The notes under the pieces: generated by a model
The model's input: only the letters and a program-made list of their open reading frames with translations
Database searches by the model: none
What the model was told of the DNA's origin: nothing
Translations under genes and position numbers: made by a program
Shown here: positions 17,245-27,809 of the stretch, in pieces
Layout: each line of letters starts with the position of its first letter
Numbering within the stretch: position 1 is the stretch's first letter
From: Pedobacter sp.
GTDB lineage: Bacteria > Bacteroidota > Bacteroidia > Sphingobacteriales > Sphingobacteriaceae
Direction of reading: 5' to 3'
DNA: 35,500 nucleotides
Assembly (NCBI GenBank): GCA_035497275.1
Contig: DATJDT010000096.1
Location: forward strand, 1 to 35,500

Positions 17245-19002
17245 TTAACTTTTTTTACGCGCTGCACGCCTAGCCGCTCTTTTCTGTTGCCTTTCTTCCT
17301 TTTTACTGATGTTAGCTTTCGCCATTGGTTTCATTGGAATGGCACCGATCCCTACAATTTCCCTAATTCCTACAAAAACACTTTTCCACATTAAATTAAA
17401 GAAAGAGGCTTGTGGAACCCTATTCATGACAATATTTGCCGTTCTTACAGGTTCTCCTTTCGACGGGTTTTCATCTTTGATCAATAAGGTATTTGCTAAA
17501 AATGAAAGTAGCCCCTTTTTCTCTGCTTTACCCTGTTCATCCTCCTTCAAAAGTTTGATCTTTAAGTCTGTATATAAAAATTTGACTTCCCCTTTAGCAC
17601 CATGTTCATTGGCTGCGATATTGAAATCTACTTGTTTTACATTTCCACTTTCAATTTCCACTTCACCTAGGGCTTTTGAGAGCGGGTTTAAAACCCGCAT
17701 GTTAAAAGGGCTAACATGGCCAATATAACTGAACGAAGCGGCTGCATCTGTTAAATTGAAATCTATTTTCATATTTAATTTACCCACACCAAATATGTGT
17801 GTCGTTAAATCTGCATTTGCGTGATTATTCTTGGATAATTGTAATGGATCATTGGTCAAATTAAGAATCCGTCCTGTTAAATTCTCCAGTTTCAGCGTCC
17901 CTCTATCCTTAGTTTTTGGATTAAATTCGGTATAGGCAATATCAACTTTACTCAACCTTAGCGTTTCTACGATTGTTTCCATGGGCAACCTTTTCAAGGC
18001 ATTATGGGGATAATTCCTACCCTTATCAAAATCTGGCAATGGAAGCGATCGGTTTAAGAAAACCCCTACTTTGGCGGGACCAATTGTTACCAGTTGAGCG
18101 GACAAGTTTCCATCATTGCTTAACTTGATAAAATCTACACCAGTAGCCTCAATGCTACTAAAGTTAAAATCATATCTGTCCTTTTGTGTTGCATACTTTC
18201 TACTAAAAGTTAAATCTGGAAACATCGGGATTAATTTTAGCCCTTTTACTGTGAGCGTCCGACTGCTAATAGATCCGCTCACCGAGTCTATTTTAAGCGT
18301 ATACATTTTATCCTTTGTTAAGGATTGATAACCATTTAATTCAAAACCGATGTTTTTTGAATTTAACACTCTAGTTGTATCGTATTGTGAGGCCGAATCA
18401 ATCAAAACGTCTTTTACATTCACTGATAAATGCTTTACTGCATTGAGCTTTTTTAACCCACTATAATAGTCGAAGTCGGCATCTATTATTTTTATATTTA
18501 AAACTTGGATAGATTTGAGAGACTTTGCGATTTGTTGATAAAGTGTGCTATCATTTAGATTTGTGTCTATTCTCTTTGGCACCTTATGGTAAATCATATC
18601 GATAGAGGGATTATCGAGAATTATTGCATTCATGCTAATCCGTTTCTTAAAATAAGCAGTTATCATACCTACTCTACTCAGTTTTAAATGGTTTGCTTTG
18701 ATCCTAAACAAATGAGTTGGCGCCTTCTTGATAAGTTTCAATCTATGATAGGCAATCGTATCTGGCATGAGTGTAATCGTATCAAAAACTACGCTACCGG
18801 TAAGTAGGTTGAGATGTATATCTTTGAAATTAATGTTGTATAAACCGTGTGAGCTTGTATAAACGCCCTCCTTGATTTTTTGAGTAAGTACGGGTTTCCA
18901 TTGCGAGCTTAGATAGATGGCAGCTATACCAACTATTAAAATTATTGCTCCTAAAATACTTCCAATCCAGATCCAGATCGTGCTCTTCTTGTGTAAACCC
19001 AT
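17245..19002 (-). CDS. Membrane-anchored beta-rich AsmA/DUF748-like protein, paralogue 2
   Basis: Collinear with the neighbour (HGLY.I.F, GL.SFLAN, ASFFN..WK). Confidence 0.6.
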   Translation of the reverse strand: MGLHKKSTIWIWIGSILGAIILIVGIAAIYLSSQWKPVLTQKIKEGVYTSSHGLYNINFKDIHLNLLTGSVVFDTITLMPDTIAYHRLKLIKKAPTHLFRIKANHLKLSRVGMITAYFKKRISMNAIILDNPSIDMIYHKVPKRIDTNLNDSTLYQQIAKSLKSIQVLNIKIIDADFDYYSGLKKLNAVKHLSVNVKDVLIDSASQYDTTRVLNSKNIGFELNGYQSLTKDKMYTLKIDSVSGSISSRTLTVKGLKLIPMFPDLTFSRKYATQKDRYDFNFSSIEATGVDFIKLSNDGNLSAQLVTIGPAKVGVFLNRSLPLPDFDKGRNYPHNALKRLPMETIVETLRLSKVDIAYTEFNPKTKDRGTLKLENLTGRILNLTNDPLQLSKNNHANADLTTHIFGVGKLNMKIDFNLTDAAASFSYIGHVSPFNMRVLNPLSKALGEVEIESGNVKQVDFNIAANEHGAKGEVKFLYTDLKIKLLKEDEQGKAEKKGLLSFLANTLLIKDENPSKGEPVRTANIVMNRVPQASFFNLMWKSVFVGIREIVGIGAIPMKPMAKANISKKEERQQKRAARRAARKKS

Positions 19003-19052
19003 AAACGTTATTTGTGAGGGTACAACATTTTGAAAAGCAAAAGGTTTGATTG

Positions 19053-20213
19053 CTAATTACCGAAGATTGAAGCCAGCTTTTCGTTAAGCGATTTTCCTTT
19101 TAAGTCTTTCGCTATAATTTTACCACTAGGGTCAATTAATACATTAGCAGGTATAGCGGTAATTCCGTAAAGTACTGCAGCTTCATTTTTCCAGCCGTTC
19201 AAATCACTAACATTTGTCCACAACAAACCGTCATCCTTAATCGCTTTAAGCCATGCTGCTTTTCCATTTTTATCATCAAGAGATACACCTAAAACTGTAA
19301 ATCCCTTTGCTTGATATCTTTGATATGCCGAGATAACATTAGGATTTTCTTCCCTGCAAGGCAAGCACCACGAGGCCCAGAAATCTACCAATACATATTT
19401 ACCTTTGTAGCTTGAAAGCTTAATCATTTCTCCATTAACATCTCTTTGGGCGAAGTCTTTCGCCATCATACCCAGGGTTATCTTTTTAGCAAATTCAATT
19501 CGTCGGATAATATCCTGGGCCATTGGCTTTGCTTGGAGGGCTGGACTTAACAAAGTAAATGTTTCTTCCACTACTGGTAATAACTTTGGATATACTGATA
19601 AGGAATTTAAGGTAACTAAACTCACATAAGAGTTGGCATTTCGCTTAATGAAATTTAATTGCACAGGAAGGATTTGTTTATTCAAATCTTCCCATTTTCT
19701 TTTCAGTGTTGCGACTAAAACTGAGTCATTTTGTTCTTCCTCACTTAGGTCGTCAATCATTTTTAATTTTCTTTGTTGACTCGTGAAAGGTTTTAATTCG
19801 TTTACTAACCTCATATAATCATCATTCAAAGGTGTTCCGGTAACTACCATATTGTTTAAGGTATCTGATGACTGCATCCTAATATTTCCCGGCTCTACGT
19901 AAAATCTGAATGAATCTTTAACTGTATTACTGTATACCGGATTGATATTTCGATATATACCTCCGGTAACAATATTGGTAATAGCTCCTTTGAACTCAAA
20001 TGCACCGTTCTTAACAATTGTCGAATCTGCTGTAGAGACGCTCCTCCCAGGTTCTCTGTATAACAGAAAAATCTTATCTCCTTCTTTAAATCCTTTACCA
20101 AATCCCTTGATGGTATAATTAGCCTGAGTATAACCAATAAAAGGAAAAAGAACAAGTAAGAAAACGGCCTTAAGCGGGGAGGTATGCATAACTAACGAGT
20201 TAAATAAAATCAA
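19053..20213 (-). CDS. TlpA/AhpC-TSA disulfide reductase (DUF4369-like), second paralogue
   Basis: DFWASWCLPC motif; collinear with the 3541-4701 protein. Start may be MHTSPL. Confidence 0.88.
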   Translation of the reverse strand: MILFNSLVMHTSPLKAVFLLVLFPFIGYTQANYTIKGFGKGFKEGDKIFLLYREPGRSVSTADSTIVKNGAFEFKGAITNIVTGGIYRNINPVYSNTVKDSFRFYVEPGNIRMQSSDTLNNMVVTGTPLNDDYMRLVNELKPFTSQQRKLKMIDDLSEEEQNDSVLVATLKRKWEDLNKQILPVQLNFIKRNANSYVSLVTLNSLSVYPKLLPVVEETFTLLSPALQAKPMAQDIIRRIEFAKKITLGMMAKDFAQRDVNGEMIKLSSYKGKYVLVDFWASWCLPCREENPNVISAYQRYQAKGFTVLGVSLDDKNGKAAWLKAIKDDGLLWTNVSDLNGWKNEAAVLYGITAIPANVLIDPSGKIIAKDLKGKSLNEKLASIFGN

Positions 20214-20254
20214 ATATAAGCAACTGAGCTGGTAATTATTGACCTTAATATGTT

Positions 20255-20294
20255 ATGACAATTTGTCATTTATCAATTAAATTCATTACTTTTG
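20255..20294 (+). promoter_or_regulatory. miaB operon promoter (TTTG-N21-TACTTTTG) with overlapping palindrome ATGACAA-T-TTGTCAT
   Basis: -33 TTTG at 20262-20265, -7 box at 20287-20294, palindrome at 20255-20269. Confidence 0.55.
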
Positions 20295-20316
20295 ATGCCC
20301 ATAATTATTGATATTG

Positions 20317-21858
20317 ATGATTGATTTACAGCTAACAGATAAGACCCACGATGAAGAGCGCCAAGGTGAAGCTTTAGTAATTGATGCCCCGGTAAAAGCA
20401 GATGGAAGGAAACTTTATATAGAAAGTTATGGCTGTCAGATGAATTTTGCTGATAGCGAGATTGTAGCCTCAATTTTGGCTGATACAGGATTTGAAACTA
20501 CTGGAGACTACCATCAGGCTGATGTAATTTTCATAAATACTTGTTCAATCCGCGAGAATGCAGAACAACGTGTTCGTAATCGGCTGTCTCAATTTGGTGT
20601 AGAAAAAAGAAGAAATCCCAAATTAATAGTAGGCGTATTAGGCTGCATGGCCGAGAGATTAAAAGCTAAATTTTTAGAGGAGGAAAAATTGGTTGATGTG
20701 GTTGTGGGACCAGATGCCTATCGCGATTTGCCTGGATTGATAAGTCAGGTAGAAGAAGGGCATAAAGCCGTAAATGTAATTCTATCTCGTGAAGAAACTT
20801 ATGCCGACGTTAGTCCGGTTAGATTAAACAGCAACGGCATCACTGCTTTTGTTACCATTATGCGTGGTTGTGACAATATGTGCTCATTTTGTGTAGTACC
20901 ATTTACACGTGGACGCGAGCGCAGTAGAGATCCCCATTCTATTATTGCGGAAGCCAAAGATCTGTTTGCCAATGGCTACCGTGAAATAACTTTATTAGGA
21001 CAAAATGTTGATTCTTATCATTGGAGCAAGCCCAAAGAAAATAAGGTGGTACAGGACGACTTAGCGGACGAGATGAATACCCTAACGGGCGACGCATTAT
21101 TAGAAGCGCTTATCAATAAAACAGACTTGCCCGGCACACGTAGAAACGAAAACGAGATGATGGATGTTGACTCTATTAATTTCGCTCAGTTGCTAGCTGA
21201 AGTTGCTAATATTAGTCCTGATTTAAGAGTTCGCTTTTCTACTTCTCACCCTAAAGATATTACCGATGAAGTATTGTATACCATAGCTAAATATGACAAC
21301 ATCTGTAACTATATCCATTTGCCTGTACAATCTGGAAACTCGAGAATTTTAGCATTGATGAATCGCACCTACACGCGCGAGTGGTACATGAACAGAATTG
21401 ATGCTATTCGTCGCATTATTCCTGGCTGCGCTATTTCAGCTGATATTATTGCCGGTTTTTGTACCGAAACTGAAGAAGAACACCAGGATACTTTAAGTAT
21501 TATGGATTATGCAAGATATAATTTCGCATATACCTTCTCTTATTCGGAGCGTCCGGGAACTTTGGCTGCCAGAAAATATACTGATGATGTTCCGGAAGAT
21601 GTAAAGGCAAGACGGTTAGCAGAAATTTTCAAAAAGCAGCAGGAGGATTCATTAGCCTGTTTAGAAGACTTTGTTGGCAAAACGGTAAAGGTTTTAATTG
21701 AAGGGTTTTCAAAAAAATCGGACAAAGAATATAGAGGCCGCAATGATGAAAATGCAATGGTAGTTTTCCCTGTTGTTGATTCTGTAAAACCAGGTGACTA
21801 TGCCAATGTTTATATAGAGAGATGTACATCAGCAACGCTGATCGGAACAATAGTTTAA
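20317..21858 (+). CDS. miaB: tRNA 2-methylthio-N6-dimethylallyladenosine synthase
   Basis: YGCQMN, NTCSIRE, GCMA, radical-SAM CDNMCSFC and C-terminal TRAM domain. ATG 20317 is preferred over TTG 20308. Confidence 0.96.
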   Translation: MIDLQLTDKTHDEERQGEALVIDAPVKADGRKLYIESYGCQMNFADSEIVASILADTGFETTGDYHQADVIFINTCSIRENAEQRVRNRLSQFGVEKRRNPKLIVGVLGCMAERLKAKFLEEEKLVDVVVGPDAYRDLPGLISQVEEGHKAVNVILSREETYADVSPVRLNSNGITAFVTIMRGCDNMCSFCVVPFTRGRERSRDPHSIIAEAKDLFANGYREITLLGQNVDSYHWSKPKENKVVQDDLADEMNTLTGDALLEALINKTDLPGTRRNENEMMDVDSINFAQLLAEVANISPDLRVRFSTSHPKDITDEVLYTIAKYDNICNYIHLPVQSGNSRILALMNRTYTREWYMNRIDAIRRIIPGCAISADIIAGFCTETEEEHQDTLSIMDYARYNFAYTFSYSERPGTLAARKYTDDVPEDVKARRLAEIFKKQQEDSLACLEDFVGKTVKVLIEGFSKKSDKEYRGRNDENAMVVFPVVDSVKPGDYANVYIERCTSATLIGTIV

Positions 21859-21880
21859 AGGTTGAAATTCTGCACCCAGT

Positions 21881-21915
21881 CTTGATACTTGACACTAAAT
21901 ACTTGATACTAAATG
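21881..21915 (+). repeat. Degenerate heptamer tandem repeat (5 units)
   Basis: CTTGATA CTTGACA CTAAATA CTTGATA CTAAATG; the last unit contains the downstream ATG. Confidence 0.7.
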
Positions 21916-23145
21916 GACATACAAGACATTAAAAATAGGTTTGGGATAATTGGTGGTTCACCGCTATTAAACCGTGCCATCGATACTGCCAGACAAGTTG
22001 CACCAACAGATATGTCGGTGCTAATTACTGGAGAAAGTGGCAGTGGAAAAGAAGTGTTCTCTCACATTATCCATCAAATGAGTGCTCGTAAGCATGGCGC
22101 TTTTATTGCGGTTAACTGCGGAGCCATTCCGGAAGGAACGATAGACTCAGAATTATTTGGTCATGAAAAAGGATCCTTTACAGGTGCCCACGAAGCTCGT
22201 AAAGGCTATTTTGAAGTAGCTAACGGAGGGACAATCTTTTTAGATGAAGTTGCGGAATTACCGTTAGGTACTCAAGCTCGCTTATTACGTATTTTAGAAA
22301 GTGGAGAATATTTACGTGTAGGATCTTCAAAAGTTCAAAAAACGGACGTTCGAATTATTGCAGCCACAAACGTTGATGTATATAACCGCGTTAAATCTGG
22401 CAAGTTCAGAGAAGATTTATATTACCGCTTAAACACAGTGCCTTTGCGAATTCCTGCACTGAATGAGCGTAAAGAAGATATTTACTTATTATTTCGCAAG
22501 TTTGCTGCTGATTTTAGTGACAAATACCGGAGTCCAGGTATTAACCTGGAACCAGAGGCCATTCAAATGTTAAGCAATTATAGCTGGCCTGGAAATGTTA
22601 GACAATTGAAAAATATTGCAGAACAGATTTGTGTACTGGAGAAGGATAGAAACGTTAGTGCACAAGCTTTGCTTAATTATATCCCGAATGAGGCGGGAAG
22701 TAATTTACCCATGGCAATTAACGGGAGCAATAAGGAAGATTTCTCTGAAAGAGATATTTTGTATAAAGTGCTTTTCGACATGAAAAAGGACATGATGGAA
22801 TTGAAAAAACTCGTTGCCGAAATTATTCAAAATGGCGGCAATACTTCGCATATCATGGCCGATAACCCTCAATATATTAACCAGCTTTATCAAGAAGTAG
22901 ATTTGCCAAGCAGCAATGAGGCTACTTTAACCATTAAACATCCAACTCAAAATGTGCCTAATGAATATAATTATGCCCATGATGCAGAAGAAATTGAAGA
23001 GTCTTTATCGCTAATTGATAAAGAATCTGATTTGATCAAGAAGGCATTAAAAAAGCATAAGGGTAAACGTAAATTTGCTGCACAAGAATTAGGTATCTCA
23101 GAGCGGACGCTTTATCGTAAAATAAAAGAGCTCAATTTGAGTTAA
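21913..23145 (+). CDS. Sigma-54-interacting AAA+ transcriptional regulator (Fis HTH, no sensory domain)
   Basis: GESGSGKE Walker A, GSFTGA loop, FLDEV Walker B, FREDLYYRL, WPGNVR and LGISERTLYRK. Confidence 0.92.
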   Translation: MDIQDIKNRFGIIGGSPLLNRAIDTARQVAPTDMSVLITGESGSGKEVFSHIIHQMSARKHGAFIAVNCGAIPEGTIDSELFGHEKGSFTGAHEARKGYFEVANGGTIFLDEVAELPLGTQARLLRILESGEYLRVGSSKVQKTDVRIIAATNVDVYNRVKSGKFREDLYYRLNTVPLRIPALNERKEDIYLLFRKFAADFSDKYRSPGINLEPEAIQMLSNYSWPGNVRQLKNIAEQICVLEKDRNVSAQALLNYIPNEAGSNLPMAINGSNKEDFSERDILYKVLFDMKKDMMELKKLVAEIIQNGGNTSHIMADNPQYINQLYQEVDLPSSNEATLTIKHPTQNVPNEYNYAHDAEEIEESLSLIDKESDLIKKALKKHKGKRKFAAQELGISERTLYRKIKELNLS

Positions 23146-23163
23146 ATTAGAAAAAACTAATCA

Positions 23164-23667
23164 ATGAAGAGAATATTATTAGCTTGTATTATACTTATCC
23201 TTAGCAGTTGTAGCTATAAATTTAACGGGGCATCGATCCCTCTTGAGCTGAAAACAGTAGAAGTACCTGTTTTTGAGAATTTGGCCCCACTGGTTGATCC
23301 AACACTAAGTAATACGCTTACAGAAGCCTTTATGACCCGCATTCGTACCCAGAGCAAACTAAATATTAGTAAAAATGGTGCACAAGCCAAGTTTGAGGGG
23401 AAAATAACGGATTATGACATCAGGCCGATCGCCATCCAGGACAATACCAAACCTGTGGCAGGAGCTACCCGGTTAACCATTACGGTAATGGTTAAATATA
23501 CTACCACCATTAAAGGAAGTTCAAAACCTTTTGAAACTAGTTTCACCGCCTTTACCGACTTTCAAGCTGGACAACCGCTCGCTGGTGCTTATCAACAATC
23601 ATTAAATAAAAAAATAATCGATCAGCTTACAGAAAATATTTTTAACGCTGCATTTGCACAATGGTAG
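23164..23667 (+). CDS. lptE: LPS assembly lipoprotein LptE
   Basis: Lipobox LSSC-SYKFNGAS, C-terminal IFNAAFAQW and the usual Bacteroidota gene context. Confidence 0.75.
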   Translation: MKRILLACIILILSSCSYKFNGASIPLELKTVEVPVFENLAPLVDPTLSNTLTEAFMTRIRTQSKLNISKNGAQAKFEGKITDYDIRPIAIQDNTKPVAGATRLTITVMVKYTTTIKGSSKPFETSFTAFTDFQAGQPLAGAYQQSLNKKIIDQLTENIFNAAFAQW

Positions 23668-23703
23668 AGAATTTCTACTTTCAATTGTTAACTTAGCAAC
23701 AAC

Positions 23704-24801
23704 ATGGAGCTAACTATCGAAATCAAACAACAACTAACAGATTTACTTGCAAAGCCAACAATGGTTTCGGATGAGCATATTGATTTGTTAACAGATTTGA
23801 TAAAAGCCTACCCATTTTATCAGCCTTTACACTTGCTTTTAGCTAAAGCAAGTCAAACTACGCCCAATTACACGCATACATTAGCAAACGCAAGCCTTTA
23901 TAATGGTGGAACATTAACTTATCAAATGATGTTCAGGCCGGAAACGTTAGTTGACATAACTGTTGACGTTAAACCCTTCTCAACAAATAGCGTTAATGAT
24001 GAGCAAGAAACCTTTGAAGAAATTAGCGAGTTTGAGCAAACTTCTTTTAAACAGGAAGAAAGTGAACAGGAAGAAATCTTTGAAGAGATTGCGGAAGTAG
24101 ATTCTTCTTTGTTTGAAACTCAAATAGACAAAGTTGAAGACATTATCCCAAATGAACTGGCTATTGAAAGCATTGTATCATCGGATTTCTTTGCCTTTGA
24201 AAAGAATTTCAGCACAGAGCAGACCGACCCTCTTCATAAAGAGGATAGCATTGTTGTTGTTACTCAGCCAGAAGAATATAACCAGGAGGCAGAAGCCCAA
24301 AGTACAGTAAGTAAATACGATGACGATAAATTGCCTTATACTTTTTTATGGTGGTTAGCTAAAACACGTAAAGAACACGAGCAAATATTTCAACCTTACG
24401 TTACACCTAAGCAGCAACAAGAAGCACCTATCGGTGAGCTTCAGCACCAATATGTAGAACATATTTTCCATTTGCAAACACCTTTTAATGTTGGTGATGA
24501 GGCGAAACGGGGGCCTATCAGTCTTCAAGCACAGCCAAAAGGAATAGACCTTATTGATTCATTTATTAAAAATGATCCACAAATTAAAGCCTTAAAGGCC
24601 GAACAGATCAATACCGAAAACAAGGCGAAGAAAAGTGCTGAGGATAACTACGATTTAGTTTCGGAAACTTTAGCAGCCATTTATATTGAGCAAATGCTTT
24701 ATCACAAGGCAATAGATACTTATGAAAAATTAAGTTTGAAATTTCCAGAAAAAAGCCGTTACTTTGCCGACCTTATCCAATCTTTAGAAAAGAAAATTTA
24801 A
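23704..24801 (+). CDS. Conserved hypothetical protein with acidic linker and C-terminal TPR-like helix pair
   Basis: YPFYQ N-terminal motif; SETLAAIYIEQ...KAIDTYEKLSLKFPEKS.YFA C-terminus. Confidence 0.75.
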   Translation: MELTIEIKQQLTDLLAKPTMVSDEHIDLLTDLIKAYPFYQPLHLLLAKASQTTPNYTHTLANASLYNGGTLTYQMMFRPETLVDITVDVKPFSTNSVNDEQETFEEISEFEQTSFKQEESEQEEIFEEIAEVDSSLFETQIDKVEDIIPNELAIESIVSSDFFAFEKNFSTEQTDPLHKEDSIVVVTQPEEYNQEAEAQSTVSKYDDDKLPYTFLWWLAKTRKEHEQIFQPYVTPKQQQEAPIGELQHQYVEHIFHLQTPFNVGDEAKRGPISLQAQPKGIDLIDSFIKNDPQIKALKAEQINTENKAKKSAEDNYDLVSETLAAIYIEQMLYHKAIDTYEKLSLKFPEKSRYFADLIQSLEKKI

Positions 24802-24815
24802 CAACATACTATACC

Positions 24816-25169
24816 ATGACAACCTTATTGATTATCTTATTAATTATTTTTTGTATCGCCCTTGGCTTATTCGTACTTATTCAGAACCCTAAAGGTGGTG
24901 GCTTAGCTACTGGCGGATCGGGCAGTAACATGTTTGGCGTACAACGTACAGGCGATGTGCTTGAAAAAGGAACCTGGGTATTGTTAACCCTAATTGTAAT
25001 TGTTTCTTTAGCGATTACAACTGTAGGTAAATCTGGTGGTGGTGCAACAGGCGGAACTTCTAAAGTTCAAAACCAACTTGACAAAACAGCAACACCTTCT
25101 CCAATTGGAAATGGCGCTGCGAGCTCGAGTGCAGTTCCAGCAAAAACTGGCGATACTACAAAAAAATAA
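24816..25169 (+). CDS. secG: Preprotein translocase subunit SecG
   Basis: Two TM helices with VLIQNPKGGGL and LEKGTW motifs. Confidence 0.92.
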   Translation: MTTLLIILLIIFCIALGLFVLIQNPKGGGLATGGSGSNMFGVQRTGDVLEKGTWVLLTLIVIVSLAITTVGKSGGGATGGTSKVQNQLDKTATPSPIGNGAASSSAVPAKTGDTTKK

Positions 25170-25203
25170 ATTGACATTAATGATTTGTGAAATACAGATC
25201 ATG

Positions 25204-25239
25204 AAAACTCTCTAGCCATAGGCTAGAGAGTTTTTTTTT
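25204..25239 (+). terminator. Intrinsic terminator of the miaB-secG operon
   Basis: AAAACTCTCTAGCC-ATA-GGCTAGAGAG followed by T9. Confidence 0.9.
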
Positions 25240-25249
25240 ACAACCGTTA

Positions 25250-25476
25250 TTCGGCCTAGCATTGTTTATGTTTCGAGAAGGGATAATACCACCGTCGTAA
25301 CACAGTCGTGAAGGGGTCGACATTTCTTCGTGACGACCCCGAGGACTTCCCGAACGCTTCCCGAACGCTTCTCGCACCTTTCCCGAACACTTCCCGAACA
25401 AATAGCCCTTTTTCCCGAACAACTCCCGAAGACTTCCCGAACAAAAGCAGTGTTTTCCCGAAGACTTCCCAAACAC
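25250..25476. repeat. Phased 11-bp repeat array (consensus about CTTCCCGAAC(A/G)) with a degenerate inverted left half
   Basis: CCCGA-type cores start at 25338, 25349, 25360, 25371, 25382, 25393, 25414, 25425, 25436, 25457 and 25468. TCG cores at 25251, 25273, 25295, 25306, 25317 and 25328 fall on the same lattice. Confidence 0.9.
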
Positions 25477-25571
25477 ATATCAACCGCTGTTCTACTGCCA
25501 GACTGACACCTAGAATTTCATTACCTAAACATAAACTGACAGCTAATGTAAATTTGGCAAGCAAAACAGGC

Positions 25572-25588
25572 TTGGCATAAAAACTGAT
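25572..25588 (+). promoter_or_regulatory. Putative sigma-54-type -24/-12 promoter for groESL
   Basis: TTGGCATAAAAACTGAT: TGGCA with GG-N10-GA (the canonical -12 is GC). Confidence 0.45.
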
Positions 25589-25658
25589 AAAACAATTATA
25601 TCGTATAAAAGAAATACGAATTAATTCAATTATTAAAACTAAAAAATAAAGAGTATTT

Positions 25659-25952
25659 ATGGCTTTGAACTTTAAACCTAATGCAGATAGAGTAGTTGTT
25701 GAAGCTGCTGCTGCAGAAGAAAAAACAGCTTCTGGTATTTATATCCCTGATACAGCTAAAGAAAAACCACAACAAGGTGTTGTTGTAGCCGTTGGTCCAG
25801 GTAAATATGCTGACCAAACCGGAAATTTAATCCCACTAAGTGTTAAAGTTGGTGATCAAGTTTTATATAGCAAATATGGCGGTACTGAAGTTACCATTGA
25901 AGGTACTGAGTATTTAATCATGAGAGATTCTGATATTTTAGGAACATTATAA
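25659..25952 (+). CDS. groES: Co-chaperonin GroES
   Basis: [32 protein letters not shown]. Confidence 0.97.
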   Translation: MALNFKPNADRVVVEAAAAEEKTASGIYIPDTAKEKPQQGVVVAVGPGKYADQTGNLIPLSVKVGDQVLYSKYGGTEVTIEGTEYLIMRDSDILGTL

Positions 25953-27614
<1,662 letters not shown>

Positions 27615-27642
27615 TCCAATCGTTTTTCATTAAACTTAATAT

Positions 27643-27675
27643 AATCCCTCAAGGCGAAAGTTTTGAGGGATTTTT
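27643..27675 (+). terminator. groESL intrinsic terminator
   Basis: AATCCCTCAAGGC-GAAA-GTTTTGAGGGATT followed by T residues. Confidence 0.85.
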
Positions 27676-27703
27676 GCTTCATACGTAGTCTCGAATACGG
27701 TAA

Positions 27704-27751
27704 TCCCCTACCACTTTGTCAATCTTTAAAGATTGACAAAGTGGTAGGGGA
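27704..27751. repeat. REP-like perfect palindrome, copy 3 (48 bp, no loop)
   Basis: TCCCCTACCACTTTGTCAATCTTT|AAAGATTGACAAAGTGGTAGGGGA; same core as copies 1 and 2 with one compensatory base-pair swap. Confidence 0.93.
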
Positions 27752-27809
27752 ATTGGGGGGAGTCTAAACAAAATAGCACACTTTTAACTTATATTAGAAA
27801 AAATATTAT

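Noticed and set aside
21022-21174. Intein in MiaB
   Set aside because: Too short, with no N-terminal Cys/Ser block or C-terminal His-Asn.
25250-25476. Possible CRISPR array
   Set aside because: Units are 11 bp with no 25-45 bp unique spacers, and there are no cas genes in the window.
25177-25580. Four overlapping ORFs (70-102 aa) across the repeat array
   Set aside because: The open frames are explained by a GC-rich repeat unit without stop codons; the translations are repetitive and resemble no family I recognise.
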